Source of the DNA: an uncultured Oscillospiraceae bacterium
GTDB taxonomy: Bacteria > Bacillota > Clostridia > Oscillospirales > Ruminococcaceae
Assembly: GCA_910578755.1 (NCBI GenBank)
Contig: CAJTSZ010000001.1
Location: forward strand, 2,340-66,339
Direction of reading: 5' to 3'
DNA length: 64,000 nt
Position numbers and translations under genes: made by a program. Under the pieces are notes generated by a model. It saw nothing but the letters and a program-made list of their open reading frames with translations, made no database searches and was not told the DNA's origin. Within the stretch, counting starts at the first letter, position 1; each line of letters begins with the position of its first letter. Below are positions 38,468-48,579 of this stretch, piece after piece.

Positions 38468-38731
38468 ATGACCCAGGGCGAAGTAATGGCCGTTTTCCAG
38501 GAATCCTTGCTGGTGGCTATGAAGCTTGCCGGCCCCCTTTTGTTAGTAAGTATTGTAATAGGCCTAATTATTGCCATTTTCCAGGCGGCTACCCAAATCC
38601 ATGAACAAACGCTAACCTTTGTTCCAAAGGTTTTGGTAATTGCCCTGCTTTTGCTTGCCTCTGGTTCATGGATGATAACCCTCCTCAGCGACCTGATCAA
38701 CCATCTGTTTGAAATTATGGCGGGCCTGTAG
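38468..38731 (+). CDS. fliQ: Flagellar export gate protein FliQ
   Basis: FQAATQIHEQTLTFVPK. Confidence 0.96.
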   Translation: MTQGEVMAVFQESLLVAMKLAGPLLLVSIVIGLIIAIFQAATQIHEQTLTFVPKVLVIALLLLASGSWMITLLSDLINHLFEIMAGL

Positions 38732-38732
38732 T

Positions 38733-39500
38733 ATGTTTAATTCAATTGTTACCAACGCGCCGGCATGGCTGCTGGTGTTTGCCCGTATGGGTGGCCTTTT
38801 GGGAATGAACCCACTGTTTGCCAGAAAAAATGTGCCTGCCATGGTGCGCGCAGGGTTAATCTTCGCAATAACTGCTTTGGTGGCGCCTGGCATTACGGTT
38901 GTGGGGGTTCAAAGCTCCCTGGACCTGGCGGTGGGAATGCTCAAAGAGCTTTTTGTAGGCTATGCCTGCGGCTTTGTTTTCCAAATTTATTATTATATGC
39001 TTTTTTTTGTTGGCGATTTAATGGACACCGGTTTTGGCCTTTCCATGGCAAAAGTGTTTGACCCCGGTACCAGTATTCAAATGTCGGTATCCGGCAACTG
39101 GCTGAATATCCTGTTTGTCCTTTATATTTTCGCCACAGACAGCCATCTTCTGCTTATTCGCATCTTTACAACCTCTTTCCGCATTCTTCCTGCTGGCGCT
39201 ATGGCCTTTTCGCCGGATTCGGCGCAGTTTTTTCTGCAGCTGTTTATGGCTGCCTTTTCCATGGGCCTGCGCTTGGTGCTTCCCTTTATGGCAGCAGAAT
39301 TTGTGCTGGAGCTTTCCATGGGCGTTTTAATGAAGCTCATCCCGCAAATCCATGTTTTTGTAATCAATATCCAGTTTAAATTATTGCTGGGCATTTTAAT
39401 GCTGTTGGCTTTTTCCTCTCCAATTGCATCCTTTATTGATAATTATATGAGGATTATGCTTGAAAACCTGCAAAGGGCATTTTATGTTTTTGGCGCTTAA
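38733..39500 (+). CDS. fliR: Flagellar export gate protein FliR
   Basis: GDLMDTGFGLSMAKVFDP and PQIHVF. Confidence 0.93.
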   Translation: MFNSIVTNAPAWLLVFARMGGLLGMNPLFARKNVPAMVRAGLIFAITALVAPGITVVGVQSSLDLAVGMLKELFVGYACGFVFQIYYYMLFFVGDLMDTGFGLSMAKVFDPGTSIQMSVSGNWLNILFVLYIFATDSHLLLIRIFTTSFRILPAGAMAFSPDSAQFFLQLFMAAFSMGLRLVLPFMAAEFVLELSMGVLMKLIPQIHVFVINIQFKLLLGILMLLAFSSPIASFIDNYMRIMLENLQRAFYVFGA

Positions 39501-39535
39501 ACCTTGCAATGCGGTCTTAAAAGGGGGGATTTTCC

Positions 39536-40606
39536 TTGGCCGGTGATAAAACCGAAAAGGCGACTCCCAAGCGAAAACAAGACGAACGAAAAAAAGGTAA
39601 CATTTTTCAAAGTAGAGAAATCGTCGTTGTGTTTTCGCTGTTGGCCACCTTTTATGGCCTAAAGCTGTTGGGGCCTTATATATTAAGTGTTTTGGAAAAA
39701 TGTATTACGGATTTTTTTGGATATGCAGGCACTGTAAGCGAAATAGGTATCCCGGAGGTGCGGGTCTATTTTTTACAAGGCTGCCTGGTGTTTGCAGTAG
39801 CCGCCCTGCCAATGCTTTTAATTTGCAACGGCGTGGCAATTTTGTTTACTGTAGCGCAAACCCGCGGGCTGTTTACCATGAAGGCAGCCGCGCCTAAGTT
39901 TAACCGCCTAAGCCCGCTGCAGGGCATTAAACGCATGTTTTCCATGCGCGGCGTTGTTGAACTGGTTAAGTCCTTGGCAAAAATTGTTGTTCTTGGTTAT
40001 ATTATATGGAACCTGTTCAAAAAAGAATTTTGGAATTTCCCCCGTATGATGGATATGGACTTTTTACAAGCTATGACAGCGGTGGGAAGTATGATCCTCT
40101 CCATTGCGCAAATGTCGGCAATTATTATGGCCTTTGTGGCCGCCGCCGACTATTTTTACCAGTGGTGGGAATATGAAAAAAACCTTCGGATGAGCAAACA
40201 GGAACTGAAGGAAGAATACAAGCAAACCGAAGGTGACCCGCAAGTCAAAGGGAAAATTAAGGAGCGCCAGCAGGCCCAAGCCCGCCAGCGTATGATGCAA
40301 AAAGTTCCCAGCGCGGATGTTGTTATCCGTAACCCAACCCATTTTGCCGTTGCAATCCAGTACGATCCCGGCCGAAATAACGCGCCGGTAGTAGTGGCCA
40401 AAGGTATGGACAGCTTGGCCCTGCGTATTGTTGCTATTGCGGAAGAAAATGGGGTGTTTATTACAGAAAATAGGCCGCTGGCACGTGGGCTTTACGAGGC
40501 GGTGGATTTGGACCGGGAAATTCCCGATGAATTTTACCAGCCCGTTGCCGAGGTGCTTGCGTTTGTATATAGCTTAAAAAAGAAAGCGCAAAACAAACCG
40601 GTTTAA
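39536..40606 (+). CDS. flhB: Flagellar export switch protein FlhB
   Basis: KTEKATPKR, EGDPQVK and NPTH autocleavage motif. Confidence 0.96.
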   Translation: MAGDKTEKATPKRKQDERKKGNIFQSREIVVVFSLLATFYGLKLLGPYILSVLEKCITDFFGYAGTVSEIGIPEVRVYFLQGCLVFAVAALPMLLICNGVAILFTVAQTRGLFTMKAAAPKFNRLSPLQGIKRMFSMRGVVELVKSLAKIVVLGYIIWNLFKKEFWNFPRMMDMDFLQAMTAVGSMILSIAQMSAIIMAFVAAADYFYQWWEYEKNLRMSKQELKEEYKQTEGDPQVKGKIKERQQAQARQRMMQKVPSADVVIRNPTHFAVAIQYDPGRNNAPVVVAKGMDSLALRIVAIAEENGVFITENRPLARGLYEAVDLDREIPDEFYQPVAEVLAFVYSLKKKAQNKPV

Positions 40607-40637
40607 TTGAGTTTATAGAAGAAGGATTTGAGATAGA

Positions 40638-42686
40638 TTGAAGCTGTTTAACAATATCGTCTCGGCCTTTGTGGTAGCAGTTATTTTCCTAATTATTATC
40701 CCGCTGCCCACCTGGCTGTTGGACTTTATGTTCATAACAAACCTTACCGTGTCGCTGGTGCTCCTGCTGCTCACCATGTATATTAAGGAGTCTTTGGAAA
40801 TTTCCATCTATCCATCCTTGCTCCTGATTACAACCCTGTTCCGCCTGGCGCTGAACATTTCCTCCACCAGGAATATTTTGGGCAACAACGGCTACGCCGG
40901 CGAGGTTGTTAAAACCTTTGGTGAGTTTGTTATCCAAGGTAATGTAGTAATTGGTCTTGTAATATTCCTAATTATTGTTTTAGTGCAGTTTATTGTTATT
41001 ACAAAAGGTTCCGAGCGTGTGGCCGAAGTTTCCGCCCGTTTTACCTTGGACGCTATGCCCGGTAAACAGATGGCTATTGACGCAGACTTAAGCTCCGGCT
41101 TAATTGATGAGCAAACTGCCCGTGTCCGCCGTTCCAACATCCAGCGCGAGGCGGATTTCTTCGGCGCTATGGACGGTGCCTCCAAGTTTGTAAAGGGCGA
41201 CGCTATTATTTCCTTGGTGGTTACTTTTATTAACCTCATCGGCGGTATTGCCATTGGTTTTATTAACGGTGTTGGTACCTTTCAGGAAATTGTTCAAATT
41301 TATTCTGTCGCCACTGTGGGCGACGGCTTAATGTCCCAGATTCCGGCGCTGTTAATTTCCGTTGCAACCGGTATGATCGTTACCCGTTCCGCTTCGGAAG
41401 CTAACCTAAACGAGGATGTAATCCACCAGTTCTCCGGCCAGCCTATGGTGCTTATTATGGCGGGCCTTGCTATGACTACCTTCTGCTTTATTGGTTTCCC
41501 TGTGCCCCAGGTGCTTACCATGTCGGTATTTTTAATTACGTTAGGCGTAGTTTTAATGCGCAAAAGCAAAAGCGCGCCTGTGGCCGCCCAAGAGGCCCCC
41601 ACAGTTACCGAAGAGGTTACCAGCGAGGCAGATTACTATAAAAATATCGACAATGTGTACGGCCTGCTTAATGTGGACCAGGTTTCCATGGAATTTGGCT
41701 ACAGCTTAATCCCCTTGGTGGATGAAGCCAGCGGCGGCAGCTTTGTAGACCGTGTCGTTATGTTCCGTAAGCAGTTTGCCCAGGAAATGGGCCTTGTTTT
41801 TCCCTCTGTCCGCTTAAAGGACAGCGGGCAGCTAAACCCAAACCAGTATTCCATTAGCATTAAAGGGGAACAGGTGGCCCAAGGCGAGGTTTTGGTGGAC
41901 CACTACTTGGCCCTGGCCTCAGACCCAGCCCACGATACCATTGAAGGTATTGAAACCATTGAGCCTGCCTTTGGCATTGCGGCAAAATGGATCAGCGAGG
42001 ACCGCCGTGTGAAGGCGGAATTGGCTGGCTATACCTTAATCGACCCTACCTCTGTTATTATTACCCACTTGTCCGAAGTAATTAAAGCCCACGCCCATGA
42101 ACTGCTGAACCGGCAGGAAGTAAACAACATCCTGGCCAACCTGCGTAAAACCAATGAGTCCATTGTTAACGATACCATTCCCAATATTATTGCCATTGGC
42201 ACCCTGCAAAAAATCCTTTGCAACCTGCTGCGGGAAGGCGTGCCAATAAGGGACAGTGAAACCGTATTGGAAACCCTTGCCGATTATGGCGCTACCGTAA
42301 AGGATATGGATATGCTCACCGAATATGTGCGGCAATCCTTAAAACGCACCATTACCCACCGCTTTGCGGAGGCAGGGCAGTTAAAGGTAATCAGCTTGGA
42401 CGCCAATATTGAAAACCAGATTATGGGTGCTGTAAAAAAGGTGGATAATGGTTCCTACCTTGCCCTGGACCCGCAGACAATACAGGGGATTGTAAGCGCA
42501 ACAAACCGGGAAATCGAAAAAATCAAGGACTTGGTTACCGTTCCCATTGTTTTAACCTCCCCCATTGTCCGCATCTATTTCAAAAAGCTGGTGGACCAGT
42601 TTTACCCCAATACAGTGGTGCTGTCGTTTAACGAAATTGACCCGGATATTAAAATTCAGGCATTGGGAAACATCACTTTGGAATAA
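40638..42686 (+). CDS. flhA: Flagellar export protein FlhA
   Basis: RVAEVSARFTLDAMPGKQMAIDADL and GAMDGASKFVKGD. Confidence 0.97.
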   Translation: MKLFNNIVSAFVVAVIFLIIIPLPTWLLDFMFITNLTVSLVLLLLTMYIKESLEISIYPSLLLITTLFRLALNISSTRNILGNNGYAGEVVKTFGEFVIQGNVVIGLVIFLIIVLVQFIVITKGSERVAEVSARFTLDAMPGKQMAIDADLSSGLIDEQTARVRRSNIQREADFFGAMDGASKFVKGDAIISLVVTFINLIGGIAIGFINGVGTFQEIVQIYSVATVGDGLMSQIPALLISVATGMIVTRSASEANLNEDVIHQFSGQPMVLIMAGLAMTTFCFIGFPVPQVLTMSVFLITLGVVLMRKSKSAPVAAQEAPTVTEEVTSEADYYKNIDNVYGLLNVDQVSMEFGYSLIPLVDEASGGSFVDRVVMFRKQFAQEMGLVFPSVRLKDSGQLNPNQYSISIKGEQVAQGEVLVDHYLALASDPAHDTIEGIETIEPAFGIAAKWISEDRRVKAELAGYTLIDPTSVIITHLSEVIKAHAHELLNRQEVNNILANLRKTNESIVNDTIPNIIAIGTLQKILCNLLREGVPIRDSETVLETLADYGATVKDMDMLTEYVRQSLKRTITHRFAEAGQLKVISLDANIENQIMGAVKKVDNGSYLALDPQTIQGIVSATNREIEKIKDLVTVPIVLTSPIVRIYFKKLVDQFYPNTVVLSFNEIDPDIKIQALGNITLE

Positions 42687-42707
42687 GAAAGGAGACAGGG
42701 AGCCGTT

Positions 42708-43490
42708 ATGCCAGTAGAATTACAGACAGACCAGCAGCTTACTGCTGAGGAAGCGGAACGGCTTGTGCGGGAGTACAAGCAAAACGGTTCTCAAGAACTT
42801 CGTAACCAGTTAGTGATGCATTACAGTTATATTGCAAAAGGCGTTGTTAACCGTATGGGCAGCACCTTTTACAAGTACGCTACGGCGGAAGAGATGATAC
42901 ACCAGGGGGTAATTTCCCTCATCGACAGCTTGGAACGCTTTGACCCCAATAAAGATGTAAAGTTTTCTACCTACGCTTTTACCAAGGTGCGCGGCGCCAT
43001 TATCGATTATGTCCGTAAGCAGGATTGGCTCCCCCGCCGTATCCGAAAGGCGGATATTCAAATCAGCAAAGTGGAAGCAGAATTGACAGGGCGGCTGGGA
43101 AGGGCCCCAACCCGCGCCGAAATGGCGGAAGCAATGGGGATGAAGCCCAAGGAATACGATAAATGTGTTTACGAGGTTTCAGGGGAAACACAGTACTCCT
43201 TTGAAGCCCTCATAGCCTCCCCCTCCTCCTCCCATCCCTCCACAGCCTATATGGATGAGTTTGACCCCCAGCATAATGTGGACCAGGAGGAGTTCCGCAA
43301 GGTGCTGGCAAATGCCATAGATTCCTTAAACGAGCAGGAACGCACCGTGCTTTCCCTTTATTACTACGAAAACCTCAGTATGAAGGAAATCGGGAAGGTA
43401 ATGCATGTAAGCGAACAGCGCATCGGGCAAATCAACCGGAAGCTGCTGAATAAATTGCGGGATAAGTTGTCCCAGTTTGTGAAAGGGTGA
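42708..43490 (+). CDS. fliA: FliA/WhiG (sigma-28) RNA polymerase sigma factor
   Basis: RGAIIDYVRKQDWLPR and LYYYENLSMKEIG. Confidence 0.93.
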   Translation: MPVELQTDQQLTAEEAERLVREYKQNGSQELRNQLVMHYSYIAKGVVNRMGSTFYKYATAEEMIHQGVISLIDSLERFDPNKDVKFSTYAFTKVRGAIIDYVRKQDWLPRRIRKADIQISKVEAELTGRLGRAPTRAEMAEAMGMKPKEYDKCVYEVSGETQYSFEALIASPSSSHPSTAYMDEFDPQHNVDQEEFRKVLANAIDSLNEQERTVLSLYYYENLSMKEIGKVMHVSEQRIGQINRKLLNKLRDKLSQFVKG

Positions 43491-43497
43491 TACAAAA

Positions 43498-44259
43498 ATG
43501 TTAAGAGGATTTTATACAGCTGCCTCCGGAATTTTAACACAGGAGCGCACGCTCAATGTGTTAACCAATAACATGGCCAATGTGAATACCCCAGGATTTC
43601 GGGCCTCCAGGGTGGTTACCACCACCTTTGAGCACGAGTTTTTAACCCGTATTGAAGGGGAAAACATCGGCGCCATTGGCAAGGGCGCGCCAATTCGCAT
43701 GGTTTCAGACGTGCCTGTCCGCTTTGACCCCAGTATGCTGGAGGAAAGCGGCCGCCCTTACGATGTAGCCCTTGACGGCCAGGGTTTCTTTAATATACAG
43801 GCCACAGGGGAAAACGATAACGGCCAGTATTTAACCCGCAACGGCAGCTTTGACATAAACGAGCAAAACCAGCTGGTGCTGCCAGGGGTTGGCCTTGTGT
43901 TAGGCCGCGGCGGCCCCATTACCCTGGAAACCTCCGACTTTACTGTGGAGGACGATGGTTCCATTTACGATGGCGCCGGCCGTTATGTGGATACCCTCCT
44001 TGTTACCCTGCCCCCGGAGGACGCACAGCTGGAACAGGTGCAAAACGGCCTCTACCGCACAGAAAATATGGACGACAACTTGGAGGTAGGCGGTGAAACA
44101 AAGCGTGTCCAGGGTTGGATAGAACGTTCCAATATCGACGTTAACCGGGAATACGCCATGGTAATGGAGGCCCAGCGGGCATTCCAGGCGTGCAGCACCG
44201 CCCTGAAAATTATTGATGATATTGACCAAAAAGCAGCGACGCAAATTGCGTCCTTGTAA
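43498..44259 (+). CDS. flgF: Flagellar basal-body rod protein (FlgF/FlhO)
   Basis: NNMANVNTPGF, YLTRNGSF, ERSNID. Confidence 0.85.
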   Translation: MLRGFYTAASGILTQERTLNVLTNNMANVNTPGFRASRVVTTTFEHEFLTRIEGENIGAIGKGAPIRMVSDVPVRFDPSMLEESGRPYDVALDGQGFFNIQATGENDNGQYLTRNGSFDINEQNQLVLPGVGLVLGRGGPITLETSDFTVEDDGSIYDGAGRYVDTLLVTLPPEDAQLEQVQNGLYRTENMDDNLEVGGETKRVQGWIERSNIDVNREYAMVMEAQRAFQACSTALKIIDDIDQKAATQIASL

Positions 44260-44319
44260 TTATTAAAATGGAATAACCACAAAGTGGTTATTCCAAAACA
44301 GGAAGGACCGTGATGAAAG

Positions 44320-45072
44320 ATGAATATTTCGTTTTATAACGGTGTTTCGGGTATGCTGGCTTACCAGGAAAGCATGAGCCGAATCTCCCACAACATAGCA
44401 AACACCAATACCATTGGCTTTAAGCCGGACCGTTCTAACTTCAGCGACCTGCTGTATACCCGTATGGCAGTAAACAGCGAGGAACAGCCTTTAACAGGCC
44501 ATGGTGTAAAAATTGAGGATAGCCAGCTGGTTTACCGCCAGGGAGCAGTTTTGCAAACAGGCCTGGATTTGGATTATGCCTTAATTGGCGATGGTTTTTT
44601 TGCAGTGGAACGCCCCAGCGGCAATATTGAGTACACCCGCAACGGCGCCTTCGACATTAGCATCGAAGGCAACAAAGGGTACTTGGTAACCGCGGATGGT
44701 TCCCATGTACTGGATGCGGCAGGCCGTCCTATTGAGCTTCAGCGGGATTCTGCCGACGGCCCATTTGACCTTTCCGGCCTGGAGGAACAGCTGGGTATTT
44801 ACGATTTCCCTAATCCCTTTGGCCTGGAACATTCCACAGGAAACTGCTTTGCAGCAACCGAAACCTCTGGCGAGGCTGTGGTAGTTACCCTTGGCAGCGG
44901 CGCCGCATTTGAAAGGGAATACCGCTTGCTCCCAGGTGCGGTGGAACAGTCCGCTGTGGAACTTTCAGACGAAATGGTAAATGTAATTACCACCCAAAAG
45001 GCATTCCAATTTAACGCCAAAATGGTTCAGACAGCAGACCAGCTGGAAGAAATTATCAATAATCTGCGGTAA
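44320..45072 (+). CDS. flgG: Flagellar basal-body rod protein (FlgG/FlhP)
   Basis: HNIANTNTIGFK, YTRNGAF, QKAFQFNAKMVQTAD. Confidence 0.85.
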   Translation: MNISFYNGVSGMLAYQESMSRISHNIANTNTIGFKPDRSNFSDLLYTRMAVNSEEQPLTGHGVKIEDSQLVYRQGAVLQTGLDLDYALIGDGFFAVERPSGNIEYTRNGAFDISIEGNKGYLVTADGSHVLDAAGRPIELQRDSADGPFDLSGLEEQLGIYDFPNPFGLEHSTGNCFAATETSGEAVVVTLGSGAAFEREYRLLPGAVEQSAVELSDEMVNVITTQKAFQFNAKMVQTADQLEEIINNLR

Positions 45073-45089
45073 AGTAGGGGGAGAGTTTC

Positions 45090-45713
45090 TTGGCACTGAA
45101 TACATATGACGATTTAAATGATATCCATATCGACGTTTTGCGCGAAATTGGCAATATTGGTTCCGGCAATGCCGCCTCTGCCCTTGCTTCCATGCTGGCC
45201 CGCCAGGTAAGCATTTCGGTTCCGATTGTTCGTATTTTGGATTACGAGCAGGTTGTGGAGGAGCTTGGCGGCCCAGAACAGATGATTGTAGGCCTCCTGC
45301 TTTCCTTGGAAGGCGATGTTAAGGGCATGATTATGTTCCTGCTGCACCAAAATTTTGCCAATATGACCCTCAGCGCCCTAATGGGTGCCGATGTCCCAGA
45401 GGATGCAGAAATGGATGAAATGGCGTATTCCGCAATACAGGAGGTTGCTAATATTATGGCAGCATCCTTTGTCAATGCTATTTCAGAAATGACAGGGCTT
45501 ACTATCAATATTACTGTGCCTTCCATGTGTGTGGATATGCTGGGTGCAATTTTAAGTGTGCCTGCTATCCATTATGCCAACATCAGCGACAAAATTGTAT
45601 TTATCCAGGATGAATTCAGCAGCCAAGACCTGCACGCGCCCAACCATGTTCTGCTGATTCCGGATGTGGAGTCGCTGGGCAAGATTATGACCAACCTGGG
45701 GATAGAGCTATGA
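45090..45713 (+). CDS. cheC: Chemotaxis phosphatase CheC
   Basis: DVLREIGNIGSGNAA and SAIQEVANI. Confidence 0.93.
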   Translation: MALNTYDDLNDIHIDVLREIGNIGSGNAASALASMLARQVSISVPIVRILDYEQVVEELGGPEQMIVGLLLSLEGDVKGMIMFLLHQNFANMTLSALMGADVPEDAEMDEMAYSAIQEVANIMAASFVNAISEMTGLTINITVPSMCVDMLGAILSVPAIHYANISDKIVFIQDEFSSQDLHAPNHVLLIPDVESLGKIMTNLGIEL

Positions 45714-46195
45714 GTCAAGTGATTAAGGTAGGTATTTCAGATTTAAACGTTGCCCGCAGCCCCGACGCACTGGTAACCTTTGCGTTGGGTTCCTGCGTTG
45801 GAATATGCCTTTACGACAGAGCAAGAAAAATTGCAGGTCTTTCCCATATTATGCTGCCTTCCAGCACCATGAACCGGGACCCAAAACAGGCATACCGCTT
45901 TGCGGATACAGCTATTGTTATTTTGGTACAAAAAATGGTTGCCGCCGGGGCGGATAAGCGGCGCCTTACAGCAAAAATTGCAGGGGGAGCTAAAATGTTC
46001 GCTTCCGTGTCGGACAGTTCTCTCTCCAATATTGGCATGCGGAATGTAATGGCAGTAAAAGAAACCCTGCTGAAACTGGGTATACCTATTATTGCAGAGG
46101 ATACCGGCAAAGATTTTGGCCGTACAGTTTATTTTTATGCGGAGGATGGAAAAATGCAGGTAAAATCCGCTAAAATGGGCGAGTGGACTCTGTAG
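45710..46195 (+). CDS. cheD: Chemoreceptor glutamine deamidase CheD
   Basis: LGSCVG, HIMLP, KIAGGA, IGMRN. Confidence 0.95.
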   Translation: MSQVIKVGISDLNVARSPDALVTFALGSCVGICLYDRARKIAGLSHIMLPSSTMNRDPKQAYRFADTAIVILVQKMVAAGADKRRLTAKIAGGAKMFASVSDSSLSNIGMRNVMAVKETLLKLGIPIIAEDTGKDFGRTVYFYAEDGKMQVKSAKMGEWTL

Positions 46196-46224
46196 TGCTA
46201 ATAGATACTTTAATTATAAAAAAT

Positions 46225-46275
46225 AGTGCGGTTTTCCCCCGTGGATCTGCTACGGAGGAAAACCGCACTTTTTTT
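46225..46275 (+). terminator. Terminator of the flagellar operon
   Basis: AGTGCGGTTTTCC/GGAAAACCGCACT stem plus T tract. Confidence 0.8.
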
Positions 46276-46328
46276 GGCCCTCCACCCCAATAGAACAATC
46301 TTGAAAGTGCCTCCCGCGCTTCCAAAGG

Positions 46329-46368
46329 AAAAACAGGGTTATGGGGGAAGCACTATAACCCTGTTTTT
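46329..46368. terminator. Bidirectional hairpin, likely che operon terminator
   Basis: AAAAACAGGGTTAT/ATAACCCTGTTTTT. Confidence 0.6.
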
Positions 46369-46458
46369 TGAAAATTTTTAAAGTTTTGGTGTCAGCCATC
46401 CCTTTTCCCAGCTGCTGCCCCTCTTTTCAATACTTTTTTGAGGCAACCCGGAGTTTTG

Positions 46459-46504
46459 CGTGGTTTTGTGTGGTTTTACGTGGTTTTTCGTGGTTTTTCG
46501 TGGT
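46459..46504. repeat. 10-bp-period direct repeats (YGTGGTTTTN x ~4.5)
   Basis: GTGG at 46460, 46470, 46480, 46490 and 46500. Confidence 0.85.
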
Positions 46505-46631
46505 GCTTCCACCCGTCCTTTTCTTATAAATGCAAAATTCTGGCAATCAGTAAGTGATTGCCAGAATTTTTTGTCCACTTTAAATTTAAAAGTATCCCTT
46601 GTTACGGTTGTCCTTTGGCAGGGTCTTTATT

Positions 46632-47690
46632 CTACCTTACCGGGGAATTAAGGTGGCGGATAATTTCCGAACCAATATCCCCCAAGGGAAGCTGCTTCTG
46701 CACGCCGCCAATGTTGAATGCTACCATTGGCATACCATAAACAATGCAGCTGTCCTTATCCTGCCCAACAGTGTAAGCGCCGGCCTTGCGCATTTTTAAC
46801 AGGCCGTTGGCGCCGTCCGCGCCCATACCGGTGAGGATAACGCCCATGGCGTTGGGGCCGGCAACATCGGCAACGGAGTCAAACAGAACATCAACAGAAG
46901 GGCAATGGCCGCTTACCTTGGGCCCATGCTCGCTTCTTACGTAGTAACCCTTTACATCCTTTGCAAGGCGAAGATGAAAGTCCCCTGCACCAATAATGAT
47001 TTTACCAGTTTCCACCCGGTCGCCGGGGGCTGCTTCCTTCACCGACATTTTACAAATGCGGTCCAAACGCTGGGCATACATATTGGTAAAAACCGGGGGC
47101 ATGTGCTGTACAATAACAATTCCCGGCGTTGTTTCCGGAAGGTCCTTTACCACCTCAAGTATGGCCTCTGTGCCGCCAGTAGAAGCGCCAATAGCAATTA
47201 CAATATTGCGGTTAATATTGCTGGAAAGGGCCATGGGCCGAAGGGTGGGAAGCGGCGTTTGGTGAGGATGGGGCTTGCCAACCCGGGCGGTGGAAGCAAT
47301 TTTAACCTTCACCGTCAGTTCCGCCATAAAGCGCTTCATTCCGTTGGGGTCCTTAACATCAGGCTTGCGGACAAAGTCCACAGCGCCAGCGCCCAATGCA
47401 TCCAAAACCCGAATAGGGGCGGAGCTTACAACAACAACAGGCACAGGGTTAACAGGCATTAACCGCTTTAAAAAGTCAATGCCGTTAAGCTTGGGCATTT
47501 CCACGTCCAAGGTTACAACATCGGGGTGCAGGGCTTTAATTTTATCCATGGCGTCCATGGCATCCACCGCCATGCCAACCACTTCAATTCTTTGGTCGGC
47601 AGAAAGGGCGGTTTCCAAAGCCTTGCGGAAGAACAAGGAATCATCAACAATTAACAGCCGAATCTTTTTAGTAATGGGAGTTATAGCCAT
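46632..47690 (-). CDS. cheB: Chemotaxis methylesterase CheB
   Basis: Receiver domain plus GASTGG, VQHMP, PSVDVLF and LTGMGADG. Confidence 0.96.
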   Translation of the reverse strand: MAITPITKKIRLLIVDDSLFFRKALETALSADQRIEVVGMAVDAMDAMDKIKALHPDVVTLDVEMPKLNGIDFLKRLMPVNPVPVVVVSSAPIRVLDALGAGAVDFVRKPDVKDPNGMKRFMAELTVKVKIASTARVGKPHPHQTPLPTLRPMALSSNINRNIVIAIGASTGGTEAILEVVKDLPETTPGIVIVQHMPPVFTNMYAQRLDRICKMSVKEAAPGDRVETGKIIIGAGDFHLRLAKDVKGYYVRSEHGPKVSGHCPSVDVLFDSVADVAGPNAMGVILTGMGADGANGLLKMRKAGAYTVGQDKDSCIVYGMPMVAFNIGGVQKQLPLGDIGSEIIRHLNSPVR

Positions 47691-47694
47691 CCTG

Positions 47695-48576
47695 TTACCC
47701 CCTTCTTTGGTAAATAGCCGGCTGAACATAAGTATAACGGTTGCCGGTACCGCTGATGCTTTCGGAATGGCCAATAAACAAATACCCGCCTTCCGCGGTC
47801 CAATCATAGAATTTGTTTACCAGCTGGGCCTTTGTATCTGCATCAAAATAAATCATTACATTACGGCAAAAAATAAGATCAAATGGTTTTTTAAAATGGA
47901 ATGGTTCCATTAAGTTGCCCGGACGGAAAATAACCTCCTTGCGTAAGCGGTCGCAAATTTGGAACCGTCCGTCCGGCAGGGCTGTTAAATATTTTGTGCG
48001 CCATTTGGCAGGTAGGTCCTTTAGTTCGTCCGCAGTATAAATGCCTTTTTGCGCCTTGGAAAGCACATTCATGGAAATATCGGTAGCCAAAATGGTGGTG
48101 TCCCAATCTTTTTTTCGCGGGCCAAAGTACTCGTCAATAACCATGGCTGTATTGTAGGCCTCCTGGCCAGTGGAACAGCCGGCGCTCCATATGCGGAAAA
48201 CATGGTCCCGCCTTGTTTTTTCCAAATAGGGGAGCACATACTGGGTTAAGTAACTAAAATGTTCGTTTTCACGCATGAAATAAGACAAGTTGGTTGTCAG
48301 TTTGTTAAGAAGGGTGACAATTTCGGTTCCTGCCTTATCCTTAAATACAACGTCAATGTATTGCTGGAAATTAGTAAGCCCCCGGCGGTGCAGCTCCGGA
48401 GTTAAACGGCTTTCAATTAAAACCTTTTTTTTGGTAAGGTCAACGCCGTATTTTGATTTTACAAAGTTAGAAAGTGTTTGAAACTCTTTGTCGGTCATGC
48501 GGACAATACGCTCTTGGGCTGCGTCCGTAGCCTTAGGAGTTGTTGGTTGGTTAATCACCTTGTTTTCCCCTTCCAA
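47695..48576 (-). CDS. cheR: Chemotaxis methyltransferase CheR
   Basis: TTNLSYFMRE, WSAGCSTGQEAY, FCRNVMIYF, GHSE; start may be GTG at 48558. Confidence 0.95.
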   Translation of the reverse strand: MEGENKVINQPTTPKATDAAQERIVRMTDKEFQTLSNFVKSKYGVDLTKKKVLIESRLTPELHRRGLTNFQQYIDVVFKDKAGTEIVTLLNKLTTNLSYFMRENEHFSYLTQYVLPYLEKTRRDHVFRIWSAGCSTGQEAYNTAMVIDEYFGPRKKDWDTTILATDISMNVLSKAQKGIYTADELKDLPAKWRTKYLTALPDGRFQICDRLRKEVIFRPGNLMEPFHFKKPFDLIFCRNVMIYFDADTKAQLVNKFYDWTAEGGYLFIGHSESISGTGNRYTYVQPAIYQRRG

Positions 48577-48579
48577 GCA

